The notes under the pieces: generated by a model
Databases searched by the model: none
The model's input: the letters and a program-made list of their open reading frames with translations, nothing else
Told to the model about the DNA's origin: nothing
Source of the DNA: a virus
Reading direction: 5' to 3' (one strand)
DNA length: 64,000 nucleotides
IMG/VR virus record: IMGVR_UViG_3300037464_000007
Coordinates: 5,165 to 69,164 of that record
Shown here: positions 1-9,502 of the stretch, in pieces
Position numbering within the stretch: position 1 is the first letter of the stretch
Layout: every line of letters begins with the position of its first letter
Made by a program: the position numbers and the translations under genes

Positions 1-261
1 CATATCTACTTCCTGTAGTTTTTCCTGCTGCTTCTAACTTACTACTCGACTTTAAAGGTAACTGAAATTCTTTCTCTTTAATTCCTAAGAGAAAAGTAAT
101 ATATAAAATATCTTGATTCATTTAACTTTCCTCAGCATTTGGATTTAATATTAAATACTGTTCAAAAGTAATTTCTTTGTCTGTCATTTCTCTGAATACA
201 AGTAGAACTAGATAATTGTAGTTTCAGTAAAGTAGTTAGTCACCCCCTACTATCAAACTTA

Positions 262-525
262 TTACTTGACTAGAATACTATCTTTGTCAAATCCTTCTGA
301 GATTAAGATAGATACTATTTCCTCTACAACTGTATTACTATCCCAAACAGGTTCTAGTAAAAAATAAATACCTTCTCCGGTAGGCTGATTATAAACTCGT
401 ACTCCTTCATAATGTCCTAAATCTTTAAGCTTTTTTCGAGTTTCGAGCGCTAAAGGTCGAGAAAAGTCAAGGTCAATACAACTTGGGATTAAACGAGTTA
501 TGCTTGCTGAGTATTTAGGTTTCAT
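262..525 (-). CDS. hypothetical protein
   Basis: 87 aa ORF with GGAG RBS, co-oriented with the early operon. Confidence 0.7.
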   Translation of the reverse strand: MKPKYSASITRLIPSCIDLDFSRPLALETRKKLKDLGHYEGVRVYNQPTGEGIYFLLEPVWDSNTVVEEIVSILISEGFDKDSILVK

Positions 526-590
526 GATGAACTCCTTAAGTGGCTAATGAATAGAACAAACTAGGTTAGTATCCTCCCTAATAGAAATAA

Positions 591-1148
591 TTAGCGTATA
601 ACCTTACAACCCGGCAATGCACCAACTAAAATATCCTTATCTTTATCACTAACAGAAGTACCTGATAACTTAAGTGATACTAAATTAGTTAGCTTAGTTA
701 AGGAACTAACATCCGATATACGTACATTACCTCTAAGTCCTAACATCCGTAAATTAGTTACGGTACTCAGAGGAGTAACATCCCTTAGTAAGTTAAGTCC
801 TAAGTAGAGTTCCTGTAATGACTGTAACTTCTCTATCCCATCTACTGAACTAATCTCATTACCTATCAAGTTGAGGTGTTGTAGGTTAGGTAAATCGAAG
901 AGAGGACTTATATCACTAATATCATTTTGGTCTAATACTAATATCTTCACATTAGTTAGATACCTTAGAGGTTCAAGAGACTTAATTGCACAACCTTGAA
1001 GAACTACTTTATCTTGATTTTCATAGTAATAGTTAGCATCTTCCGGTCTTTGAGCAGCAGATTTAGCAAACATTATCTCTAAAGTATGCTTCAGGTCAGC
1101 ATCTTCAGTAGAGTCAATATTTTTGAATAAGTCTAGTAGGTTAGTCAT
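591..1148 (-). CDS. internalin-type leucine-rich repeat protein
   Basis: About five 22-aa LxxLxLxxNxIsDIsPL repeats (e.g. LVLDQNDISDISPLFDLPNLQHLNLIGNEISSVDGI). Confidence 0.9.
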   Translation of the reverse strand: MTNLLDLFKNIDSTEDADLKHTLEIMFAKSAAQRPEDANYYYENQDKVVLQGCAIKSLEPLRYLTNVKILVLDQNDISDISPLFDLPNLQHLNLIGNEISSVDGIEKLQSLQELYLGLNLLRDVTPLSTVTNLRMLGLRGNVRISDVSSLTKLTNLVSLKLSGTSVSDKDKDILVGALPGCKVIR

Positions 1149-1150
1149 AG

Positions 1151-1411
1151 TTAAAGTGCCTTTAGTAAAGTAAGTGTTTCTTGAGCAGATGACCTTAACT
1201 GTTTTTCAGTTAAATCGAAATCAGGGTCAAATAATTCGCTATCTTCATCACAGTAAGAATCTACATCCCCAAAGAACTTATCTAGTATCTTAAACTCTTC
1301 ATCAAATGCAAAAGACTCTTCTTGCTTGAACTTAGTAAGAAACGATTCTTGAAATTGGTCAACTGTAACTGTTCCTTCTACAAACTCAGTTAGTAATTCA
1401 ATGTAAGTCAT
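1151..1411 (-). CDS. colicin D / CdiI-type immunity protein-like
   Basis: Acidic 86 aa helical protein with pattern YIELLTEF..G.VTVDQF...FL.KFK...ILD.FF.DVD.Y...LTE.QLR..A.ETL, typical of the Colicin_immun family (recognised by eye). Confidence 0.7.
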   Translation of the reverse strand: MTYIELLTEFVEGTVTVDQFQESFLTKFKQEESFAFDEEFKILDKFFGDVDSYCDEDSELFDPDFDLTEKQLRSSAQETLTLLKAL

Positions 1412-1430
1412 GTATTTACTCCTAATTTAG

Positions 1431-1718
1431 TTACCAATTTACGTTTTTAACATTAAGTCTGTAGCCTAAATTCTCTAAGGTTTCTATTAAATCTTTTCCA
1501 CACTTCTCACATAAGTCCATAGTAGTTTCATCCCAATCTCCACCTTCTGGATAATTAACACCTTCTTTATAAAGGAAATTACATTCAAAAACATCATAAC
1601 CACATACTTTAATTTCCCCTTTGCATCTGTCACATTCAGTATATGACTCTACAACCTTATCAAATTCTCTAGTCTCAACAACTTTTTCAGTTTTCTTAAC
1701 TTCCATAATCTTCCTCAA
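1431..1718 (-). CDS. hypothetical protein, two CxxC (zinc-binding)
   Basis: CDRC and CEKC motifs. Confidence 0.65.
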   Translation of the reverse strand: MRKIMEVKKTEKVVETREFDKVVESYTECDRCKGEIKVCGYDVFECNFLYKEGVNYPEGGDWDETTMDLCEKCGKDLIETLENLGYRLNVKNVNW

Positions 1719-1935
1719 ATTTTACGTACTTATAGCCTAGACTTAAATATCTTTGAGCAGTAGCAAACCCTTTACTCATTTTTATTCCGGGCATTTGATA
1801 ATCAGGTCTAGTATGAGTTGCTTGAGTGTAACTAACCCAACTGGCTTTATCCGAGTTAGGTAACATCTGCAAAACTTCTAAGAATAGATTTCCTGAAGAA
1901 TTTCGTTTCCATCTAATCAGTTTTTCAAATTTCAT
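1696..1935 (-). CDS. hypothetical protein
   Basis: 79 aa ORF in operon. Confidence 0.65.
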   Translation of the reverse strand: MKFEKLIRWKRNSSGNLFLEVLQMLPNSDKASWVSYTQATHTRPDYQMPGIKMSKGFATAQRYLSLGYKYVKFEEDYGS

Positions 1936-1949
1936 AACACTTTTAGACC

Positions 1950-2960
1950 TTAAAGGATACTAAACAACTCAGCTAAAGTCATTTCTCTATCTACTCTCTT
2001 AGTAGAATTCTTGTATTCTAAGAAAATATTACTCTCTTCTATTGTTAGAGCTTTTAATTCATAATCTAAAAATAGTCTTCCAGGTCTAACTAAGGCAGGA
2101 TCTAGATTAGAAATATTCGTGTTAAAAGTAGCTAGTAACCCGCAGTTATAGATTTCAGCAAGTATGCCGTCTGTTAAATTCAACAAGTTAGATGTAGCAC
2201 TAGACCTAATATCACTATTTACTAAAATAGTTTCACAATCTTCTGCTACTATCACTTTATCAGTATGTTCTAGTAAAAATTTAGTAAACTGAGGAGTTCC
2301 AAGTAAACTAATATTTTCTGGACTAAAATAAAGCAAATTGTCATCTTTCTCAGTAATAAGCTGCTTAATCAATGTACTTTTCCCAGTTCCAGGTTGACCG
2401 TGTAATAAAACTAACTTTCTGTGAATGTCTAAAAATTCTAAAAGTCTATCATAAATATCTAAAAAGTTTTTTCCATAGAAAATAGATAGCTCGTCTCTAG
2501 TCAAAGCAGTAAAGTTAAAATCTCTCACAATAGTATCTAACCCGCTATGAGTAGAAATAACTAGCTCAATAGTAGGAGTGTACTCTTCTTTCGGATATCT
2601 AACCTTGTATTTTTTAGATAGTTTAAGACAGTCGTCTATTAAAAGCTTAATAGTAGAATTAGAGTAGTGGAATACATACGTCCGTTCCTCTAATTTAGCT
2701 AGCTCGATTACTAATATTTCGTTAGCCGAGTCTACATAAATAACTTTCCGTATATCTTTTAGATTTTTAGGATTATACCCGTAGTCTTCAGATAAAACTT
2801 CTAAATTCAGAATATTTTGAACTTTTTTAAAGAAACCTTTAGTAACATCTGAAACCACTAATCTACTAGGAAAAGTGTTAAAAATCTCTTGATAAATAGA
2901 AATAGCATAAGGATTAGTAGAGTATAGATTTTCTAACTCGGAATGGATTACTACTGACAT
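1950..2960 (-). CDS. AAA+ ATPase
   Basis: Walker A GQPGTGKS, Walker B VIVAEDCE, sensor ATFN, Arg finger LDPALVRPGRL. Confidence 0.9.
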   Translation of the reverse strand: MSVVIHSELENLYSTNPYAISIYQEIFNTFPSRLVVSDVTKGFFKKVQNILNLEVLSEDYGYNPKNLKDIRKVIYVDSANEILVIELAKLEERTYVFHYSNSTIKLLIDDCLKLSKKYKVRYPKEEYTPTIELVISTHSGLDTIVRDFNFTALTRDELSIFYGKNFLDIYDRLLEFLDIHRKLVLLHGQPGTGKSTLIKQLITEKDDNLLYFSPENISLLGTPQFTKFLLEHTDKVIVAEDCETILVNSDIRSSATSNLLNLTDGILAEIYNCGLLATFNTNISNLDPALVRPGRLFLDYELKALTIEESNIFLEYKNSTKRVDREMTLAELFSIL

Positions 2961-2996
2961 TTGGTTATTCTCCTAATGTATAAAACTAAGACAAAA

Positions 2997-3311
2997 TTAC
3001 TCATCTAAATACATAGCTTTTGGGTGGAACCTTTCTTCAATACCTAAAGTTCTAAACTCATAGTTAGTAAGTGTCTTTTCTCTACCAAAGAATCCTCTTG
3101 TATCTTCTTCAGTTTTATTGATTGAAACTTGACTAAAATAAACAGGTTCAAATCTGCAATAACCTAAGTATCTAACTAACCTCACTGTTTCAGGAGATTT
3201 AATATCCAAATAGTAATTCCAATACCTTCACTGACCTTCTTCATTCTTTTCTATTTGCTTGACTTCTAAAGTGAAAGTTTCTTGACCGAGACAAAGAATT
3301 AGTTTAGACAT
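2997..3311 (-). pseudogene. hypothetical gene interrupted by in-frame TGA (3228-3230)
   Basis: AGGAG RBS and ATG at 3311; reads MSKLILC..EEGQ*RYWNYYLDIKSP in frame with the ORF-track fragment 2997..3209. Confidence 0.65.
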
Positions 3312-3332
3312 TTTACATCTCCTATTAGTTAA

Positions 3333-3668
3333 CTACTGAGGAAAATAAGAAACCCAACAATGTTCTGGAAAAATGCTTATATCTTGAATTGCATCAATAA
3401 CATAAGGATAGAAATCAATTCTCCTTATTTCTATTTCTGATTGTGGATTTTTAGAGTAATACAATACTTGACTCCAGCCAGTAGCTTTTGACCAATAAAT
3501 AGAACTAAAATATCCATTACAGTATTTATCCTCTTTACTGTTATAAGCTTGTTTGTCTCCACATCCTACTTCTGCGTAACCTTCAAAGTCTTGATAATAA
3601 GTATCTGAAAACTGCTTCTCTAAGAAATCAAATAGATAATGTGACCTTGTTTGTTCTACTTCTACCAT
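3333..3668 (-). CDS. hypothetical protein
   Basis: 111 aa ORF in operon. Confidence 0.7.
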   Translation of the reverse strand: MVEVEQTRSHYLFDFLEKQFSDTYYQDFEGYAEVGCGDKQAYNSKEDKYCNGYFSSIYWSKATGWSQVLYYSKNPQSEIEIRRIDFYPYVIDAIQDISIFPEHCWVSYFPQ

Positions 3669-3767
3669 AATGTCCTCTCAGATGCCTCTATTTGCTCGTT
3701 TAAGACACTTTAGACTAGAAACAAGTATCTTTTCGTATTCTTAAGAGTAAAGTGCCTCTAATTGTGT

Positions 3768-3983
3768 TTAACTACCGTATCTTTCAATTTCAGTAGAATC
3801 TACTCCAAATCTTTTAGCTTGCCAAATAAACTGTTCCCAACTTAAAGTTCCATCAAACCATTTCTGTCTAGCAAAAGGATGGTTTTTAGCTTCTATATCA
3901 TTATCATCTTTAGCCCAGACACACCAACAATCTCCAGCAGCAGTTCTCCACAATCCAGCCTCAAATCTAGCCATTAGATGCAC
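3768..3983 (-). CDS. hypothetical Trp-rich protein
   Basis: 71 aa ORF in operon. Confidence 0.6.
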   Translation of the reverse strand: MHLMARFEAGLWRTAAGDCWCVWAKDDNDIEAKNHPFARQKWFDGTLSWEQFIWQAKRFGVDSTEIERYGS

Positions 3984-3993
3984 CTTTTAGTTT

Positions 3994-4314
3994 TTAATTA
4001 ACGAACTCAATCTCATCTGCTTCTATTCCGTAACCGTCTTTAGCAACTCTTAGTAGAGCTTCTTCAGCGCAAATACCCTCAAATGTACCTGTAAAATCGT
4101 TATCTTGGTCTTCTTCTTTAAGAGCTGTTACTTTAAAATACCATTCTCCTTTCTTACCAACTTGGAATCTTATCTTTTTAATCTTTTCTGCTATCTTACT
4201 TAGTTTATTGTAAAGCTCTTTAGGTAACGAAATTGTTTCAAAGTCCACTACATTATAATCTTCTGACATTGTTCTCTCCCTATTATTTAACTCTTTCCAC
4301 TTTTTTAAAATCAT
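3994..4314 (-). CDS. hypothetical protein
   Basis: 106 aa ORF abutting neighbours. Confidence 0.65.
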   Translation of the reverse strand: MILKKWKELNNRERTMSEDYNVVDFETISLPKELYNKLSKIAEKIKKIRFQVGKKGEWYFKVTALKEEDQDNDFTGTFEGICAEEALLRVAKDGYGIEADEIEFVN

Positions 4315-4695
4315 TTAAGTCTCCCACCATCTAACACTCTTAATCCTATTAACTGCTTCTTGAATAGCTTTAGGTGAATCTATTTTACCGTTACTTAGCC
4401 ATCCATCCCAATAAGCATCAGTCCAAACATCCGGAATAGATTGATAGATATTAATCCAAGTATGTCCTCCAATTAAAGCAGAGTTACCAGCAATAGAGAA
4501 GTTAATCTCTGCGTAGTCACCAGAAATACATTGAGGAACTACAATTGGTTCTCCCTTTCTTAATCCTCCAAAGTCTTTGTAAGTTTTCCATTTAGCTACA
4601 TTAGAGTGTCTAACCGGAACCAGTCTTAAGTAATTAATCACCTCTTGAGGAATTTCAAAATACTTAGGATTAGTAGATGTGGAGTAAGCAGGCAT
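4315..4695 (-). CDS. hypothetical protein
   Basis: 126 aa ORF, TAATG overlap with the upstream gene. Confidence 0.7.
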   Translation of the reverse strand: MPAYSTSTNPKYFEIPQEVINYLRLVPVRHSNVAKWKTYKDFGGLRKGEPIVVPQCISGDYAEINFSIAGNSALIGGHTWINIYQSIPDVWTDAYWDGWLSNGKIDSPKAIQEAVNRIKSVRWWET

Positions 4696-4946
4696 TAAGT
4701 TTTATCCTCCTTTTGCAAAGCTTTCACTACTTCTTCCCACTCTACTTCTTTTAGTAACTGTTTTACAGCTTGATTTTTTAAGTAATCCATAGCTGCTGTT
4801 TGCACAACTCTACCTCTAGTAACTAACAATTGTTTTACTTCTTTTTCTAACTCAAGAACTGTTAATTTATTTACATCAATACCGTACCTATCAAAATAGA
4901 TAGACTCTTCTAACCAATCTTTAACTTGTTTAGTTTGCCAATTCAC
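4695..4946 (-). CDS. hypothetical protein
   Basis: 83 aa ORF, translationally coupled. Confidence 0.65.
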   Translation of the reverse strand: MNWQTKQVKDWLEESIYFDRYGIDVNKLTVLELEKEVKQLLVTRGRVVQTAAMDYLKNQAVKQLLKEVEWEEVVKALQKEDKT

Positions 4947-5238
4947 TATTTATTTCCTCTTCGGATTCGTAAGGTTTGTAACTTTCTAACAAAGGTTGTA
5001 ACTTAAAAAGAATAATCTCTGCCCAATCAGGACTACCATCTTTTACCCAATCTCGATAGTTGCTTCCTTTTTCTTCTTCTAGATAGTCTCTATGGATAGC
5101 AGTTACTAAAGAATCTTCATAAGAATCATAAATTCTTATTTTATAATTCTTAGATAGTAGAAACTGGAGATAATTATGTTTAGCTTCTTCTAGCCTGAAT
5201 TGAAGAAACTTGAGTTCAGCTAGTTCCTGTGTGTTCAT
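4930..5238 (-). CDS. hypothetical protein
   Basis: 102 aa ORF in operon. Confidence 0.65.
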   Translation of the reverse strand: MNTQELAELKFLQFRLEEAKHNYLQFLLSKNYKIRIYDSYEDSLVTAIHRDYLEEEKGSNYRDWVKDGSPDWAEIILFKLQPLLESYKPYESEEEINSELAN

Positions 5239-5295
5239 AATTTTACTTTGTTGTAGTTAGAGAATTAGTCACCTCTTCTCTATTTAAATTTCTAA

Positions 5296-5688
5296 TTACA
5301 GATGAAGATAGACACTTAGTAGAAACATCGCGTCTCCAAGCTCACCTCTTTGTTTCTTACGCATTCCTTTCATATCTATTTCAAGTATCTTACCTAAGAA
5401 AGGAGTAAGTAAAGGGGATACAACGTGTTTCTTAAACCAACCTTGCTTAGCTTCTTTTTCTTTTGATTTAGCTTCAACTTCATGGTACAAATCTGCTACT
5501 GAGGTGTAATCCTCTAAGCACTTTGACATAAACTCTTTCTCCACTTCAATAAAGAAACTATTACGGAGAAGGTCACAAGCAGAAGGGGTCTTGAGCATTC
5601 TATGAAAATATTCGTTAGTAGACGGTGATAGAGTTTCTAAAAAAGCTAAAACACCTTTTGGATTTACTGGGTATTGTTCGGTAGTCAT
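5296..5688 (-). CDS. hypothetical protein
   Basis: 130 aa ORF with AGGAG RBS. Confidence 0.7.
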   Translation of the reverse strand: MTTEQYPVNPKGVLAFLETLSPSTNEYFHRMLKTPSACDLLRNSFFIEVEKEFMSKCLEDYTSVADLYHEVEAKSKEKEAKQGWFKKHVVSPLLTPFLGKILEIDMKGMRKKQRGELGDAMFLLSVYLHL

Positions 5689-5715
5689 TATGTAGTCTCC
5701 TAAGTAATTGTTTTG

Positions 5716-6032
5716 TTATCCGTCCTTATTACGCTCCCACAAGTCATGAGCAGTAAATTACTTGATATAAACCTCATAAGGAATTGACCTAATAGCCCAA
5801 TCAGGAATTATATGAGTGTTGTTCTGCTTAAAATCTGTCTTGTAACTAGGATGTACCGCAAAATACCAAGTTTGTCCCCTTATATCTCTAGTAAGAAAGA
5901 GATAGCCTAGTTCTTTAAGAGATTTAGCCCACAATAAGCAAGTATCTTCAAACCAGCTATCACACTTTTCTAGTGTTTCTTGAATCTTAGCTAAATTTTC
6001 AGGTTCTCTTATTTATTATCTAAGTTACTCAT
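5716..6032 (-). pseudogene. frameshifted hypothetical gene
   Basis: ATG at 6032 after a GAGGGG RBS; one A missing near codon 7 (AAT AAA TAA instead of AAT AAA ATA); the frame then runs to an in-frame TAA at 5758-5760 and a short tail. Confidence 0.5.
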
Positions 6033-6251
6033 TCTTTTCTCCCCTCTACACTTATTAAATCTTGAGCAGTTTTGCCTTTATCCCTACAACCTTGATAATT
6101 TTGAGAGATTAGTTCATCTGCTAGTATCTCAGCCATTCCACGAGTTAATACTTCTTTATAGTAAGAACCAAATTTGACAATATACTTAATCATTATTTTC
6201 TCCTCTGAGTAGCTTTGTTAACCCAACTAATTTCTTTAACTCTCATGCTTT

Positions 6252-6545
6252 CTAAGGTTCCAATCTTATTGCTTTTGATTCAAAATTTCCTACTCGAAAA
6301 ATAACTGTATCTACGTTACCCGGTCTCCCTTTTCCTATTGACCTTTCTACCGCTATCTCTACATAAGGAGGGTTTGTTTGCCATTCAAAAGTATTTCTAC
6401 CTAAAACGTTTAAGTATCTAGCTAAAGCTCTTGTACCATATTCGGTTGCATCTAAGACATAAGTGTCCTTCATATCCGTCCAATCACAATCAATCACTTT
6501 TGGACAAAATCTTTGATTGCTAACATAAACATCTATACAACTCAT
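6252..6545 (-). CDS. hypothetical protein
   Basis: 97 aa ORF with GGAG RBS. Confidence 0.65.
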   Translation of the reverse strand: MSCIDVYVSNQRFCPKVIDCDWTDMKDTYVLDATEYGTRALARYLNVLGRNTFEWQTNPPYVEIAVERSIGKGRPGNVDTVIFRVGNFESKAIRLEP

Positions 6546-6554
6546 TTTGAACTC

Positions 6555-6893
6555 CTAGATATACAAATTGGACGGAAAATACTGAAACTCTTTAGGAAAG
6601 AATTCTTTACTTGAGGATGTAGATAGGTAATAACTACTGTAAATCTCATTACTTAACACAGTTATAGTAGGTTTCTTCTTATAAAAACCACTAAATGAAT
6701 TCTTATCTATTTTTAGATAGTCTAGAAATCTCAGAAATTCAAGATTCTCTGCATCCGTTATTCTGTAAAAGTACCTGTAGTGAAAGCCTGGTGAATAGTC
6801 TTGTCTTTCGCTTTCCTCATCTACTTTAGAAAGTGGTAGATAAAACGTATGTCCATCTTCAAAAGTAATTTTTAGTTGTGAATTAGCAGTCAT
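6555..6893 (-). CDS. hypothetical protein
   Basis: 112 aa ORF with AGGAGG RBS. Confidence 0.7.
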   Translation of the reverse strand: MTANSQLKITFEDGHTFYLPLSKVDEESERQDYSPGFHYRYFYRITDAENLEFLRFLDYLKIDKNSFSGFYKKKPTITVLSNEIYSSYYLSTSSSKEFFPKEFQYFPSNLYI

Positions 6894-6970
6894 TCTCTTT
6901 TTCCTCCTAAAAAACGAACAAATAAATGAAACCTCCTCAGAACTTTAGTTACTAAGGAGACAGAAACTAA

Positions 6971-7113
6971 CTATTTGCAGATATAGTTAAAAAACTCATC
7001 TACAATCTTTGGTTTTTCTTCTGTTGTAGAAGCGGTTAGCTCCGTTCCTACGGAATTAGATTTTAACCAGTTGAAAGCTTCTGTCCAATCTAATTTTTCT
7101 TCTTGATTGACAT
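6971..7113 (-). pseudogene. small hypothetical gene with a probable 1-nt deletion after codon 2
   Basis: The TAATG-coupled ATG at 7113 is out of frame with NQEEKLDW..; adding one A gives MSNQEEKLDWTEAFNW. Confidence 0.45.
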
Positions 7114-7463
7114 TAGTATCTACCTTCCCAAATATCGTTAAGTTTCCAGATATGTTCTTCTTCCTCTTTCCCTGCAAGACAGCTTTTAAAATTAAAGCCC
7201 CAGAGGGAAAAATCACATCTTAAGCTATTCTGCTTTTGGTCGCTATCTTCCCAGGATATCAAACAGTTAAAATCTGGAAGTCCTAAACCTACTAACCTTC
7301 TTTGTTTTCCTAACATTAATTCTCTAGCTCTCAAGACACAAGCTGCGAAATTAGTAAACTGTTCAGTAATCCGTTGAGGTTCTTGACCATCGAAAAATTG
7401 CTTTCTAGTGTAAAAACTAAGAGTGTAATTTCTCAAAAAATCTAACGTATACTCAATCTCCAT
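7113..7463 (-). CDS. hypothetical protein
   Basis: 116 aa ORF with AGGAGG RBS. Confidence 0.7.
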   Translation of the reverse strand: MEIEYTLDFLRNYTLSFYTRKQFFDGQEPQRITEQFTNFAACVLRARELMLGKQRRLVGLGLPDFNCLISWEDSDQKQNSLRCDFSLWGFNFKSCLAGKEEEEHIWKLNDIWEGRY

Positions 7464-7482
7464 ATTGCCTCCTAAAAACTAA

Positions 7483-7641
7483 CTAAATACCTTTAATCAA
7501 CTGTTCTGGTCGAGAAAATCCAAACTTTCTAACGCTTTCTTTCATGCTTAGTAGATGTGTTGCTGCTGCTAGAGCTTCCTGATAATCTGAGTATTCTCGA
7601 TAATTTCCTGGTAAATCTATCTTGTAAATTGGCTGTCTCAT
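7483..7641 (-). CDS. small hypothetical protein (52 aa, not in ORF track)
   Basis: GAGGAG RBS, MRQPIYKIDLPGNY..IKGI*. Confidence 0.55.
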   Translation of the reverse strand: MRQPIYKIDLPGNYREYSDYQEALAAATHLLSMKESVRKFGFSRPEQLIKGI

Positions 7642-7654
7642 GTTTTCTCCTCAG

Positions 7655-8044
7655 CTAATTACCAAACCATATATCTGTGCCATCAGTAAAATAGTAGATG
7701 AGTTTACTTTCTGTTTCTTCTACTTTTCCTACTACCTTATTTATAAACTCTAAAAAACTAGAATCTATCATCCCGTTACAAGCCGGAAATATAGACTTAA
7801 TCTCTCTTCCACCTTTTATAAAAACTAAAGCTAGATAGTACGGTTTTTCTAGTGAAACATCTTCTGGTAGTTGGTAATCGGCAATTGAGCCATATTCGTA
7901 ACGTATAAGTCGGGCATTGACACAATCTTGATTAGTAGACATAATAAAAATCCAAAATCTTGTAATGTACAAACACCAAAAAACCTCCACCTTTAGAGAA
8001 GTATTAGTTCTCATTAAGGCAGAGGCTAGAAAATCAATGAGCAA
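7655..8044 (-). CDS. hypothetical protein (true start probably MSTNQ)
   Basis: ORF in operon. Confidence 0.55.
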   Translation of the reverse strand: MLIDFLASALMRTNTSLKVEVFWCLYITRFWIFIMSTNQDCVNARLIRYEYGSIADYQLPEDVSLEKPYYLALVFIKGGREIKSIFPACNGMIDSSFLEFINKVVGKVEETESKLIYYFTDGTDIWFGN

Positions 8045-8084
8045 AAGCTTTTAGCTCGTGCAATTAGCGGTTAGTAGAAGAGAT

Positions 8085-8957
8085 TTATTTCTTTTTGTTC
8101 TTTGGTTGAATAGAAGGTTCTTCTGGTTTAGTTTCTAATTCCACAGCAGTAGTATCAATTGGTAGAGAAGTATCGGGAAGAGGTTCTGAGGTTATATTTG
8201 TCTCTTCCTCGGGTTCATCAGAAATAATGTCTGGCTCTATTTCTTTAATTTCTTCTGAGTCAGTCGCAGGAGCTAGAGTAAACTGACTGACATCTAAGTG
8301 TTTAGATAATCTCGGAGTATCTTCTATTAACCCTGACATCTGTTCTTTAAAACGAGCAACAACCAAACCTAAATCGACATTCATAGACTTGCTGAATCTT
8401 CCATCTTCTTCAACTCGAAGATCGTCTCGAACTTCTAGATAAGAGATACATAAGATAAGCATCTTTACTAGGTCGGGAGTGTAATGTCCCATGTCACATA
8501 GAACAGTTAAATGATTAGCAAAAGCAGGAGACATCAACCACTCAGAAACAACTAATGCTAGACTTATTGCCTCAAGTCCTGGAAAATTGGAGTTAACCGG
8601 TTTATAAACTAGCTGCCTTGTCTGAGTAAAGAGGGGTGTTGTTTCCCAAGTAATTCTTTGTTCTATTGGCAGAGTAGTATTACTAGAAAGAGTGAAAAAT
8701 GCCACATCTTGAGTTATATCATTTCCCGTTGTGTATCGGAAAATTAGTTGCTGACCTCTTTCACTCGATTGTAAGTTGATAGAAAGTATTTCAACCTTTG
8801 CATCTTTAACTGGCTTGAACTCTTTTGTTTGGGTATCTTCTTCCCCATTCTTACCTTTCTTTGTCTTAATAGATGTTGCAGCGGGTAGAAGTTCTAACTG
8901 AGTGTATTCTACTGATTCAGAAGCAAAAGATAAACGTTGACGAAATTGAATAGCCAT
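8085..8957 (-). CDS. hypothetical protein with acidic/Pro-rich C-terminus
   Basis: 290 aa, strong TAAGGAG RBS. Confidence 0.8.
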   Translation of the reverse strand: MAIQFRQRLSFASESVEYTQLELLPAATSIKTKKGKNGEEDTQTKEFKPVKDAKVEILSINLQSSERGQQLIFRYTTGNDITQDVAFFTLSSNTTLPIEQRITWETTPLFTQTRQLVYKPVNSNFPGLEAISLALVVSEWLMSPAFANHLTVLCDMGHYTPDLVKMLILCISYLEVRDDLRVEEDGRFSKSMNVDLGLVVARFKEQMSGLIEDTPRLSKHLDVSQFTLAPATDSEEIKEIEPDIISDEPEEETNITSEPLPDTSLPIDTTAVELETKPEEPSIQPKNKKK

Positions 8958-9073
8958 GATAAGTCTCCTTAAGTTAATAGATGTGTAATTCTCTTAATCT
9001 CTGTTAGTTAAGGTTTAACAGTTTTAAGAGAAAGACTAGGATAATTTACCAGATATATCCTAGCCGAGTAGAA

Positions 9074-9496
9074 CTAGATGTCTTTTGGACTTGTCCAGCC
9101 TTTATGCTTCTTTATTTTTCCTTGTCTCATGCTAGACAAAGTAGATTGCTCTAATCCAAATTGTTTAACAAATTCGGCAGCTAATAGTGTGTGCTTACCA
9201 TGTTCGGGATGTTCTAAAGTCATACTAACCCCGTGATAAGTATCTTGGCTATTAATGCCACGGCAAGCTTTTATTAACTCTGGATATCTATCTTTGTTTT
9301 CAGCCAATATCCAACCTCTGTGGGTTTTTAACCTACCTTCTTGCAAGAAACCGATGCAGCGATAACTCAAGTTGTACAGATAGATAAACTCCTGCTTAGT
9401 CTTGGTTTTAATGCCGTGTTCGGGATGGTATAGGCTGATTTCTTGATAAGGTTTGGTCATTTGATTCTCCTTGGTTATTTGGGGTTTACTTGACAA
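9074..9496 (-). CDS. tandem NUMOD1-like DNA-binding repeat protein (homing-endonuclease-associated type, no nuclease domain)
   Basis: Two copies of LxHPEHG..T...EF...Y/FxL......L/M..G..KxHxGW. Confidence 0.55.
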   Translation of the reverse strand: MSSKPQITKENQMTKPYQEISLYHPEHGIKTKTKQEFIYLYNLSYRCIGFLQEGRLKTHRGWILAENKDRYPELIKACRGINSQDTYHGVSMTLEHPEHGKHTLLAAEFVKQFGLEQSTLSSMRQGKIKKHKGWTSPKDI

Positions 9497-9502
9497 ATAG
9501 GT

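Noticed and set aside
3705-3757. Tenth tRNA-like element (GCACTTTA/TAAAGTGT closing stem)
   Set aside because: Three-way-junction-like, but the 3' hairpin has only about 3 bp and its loop TGTTTCT lacks R57/A58; at best degenerate.
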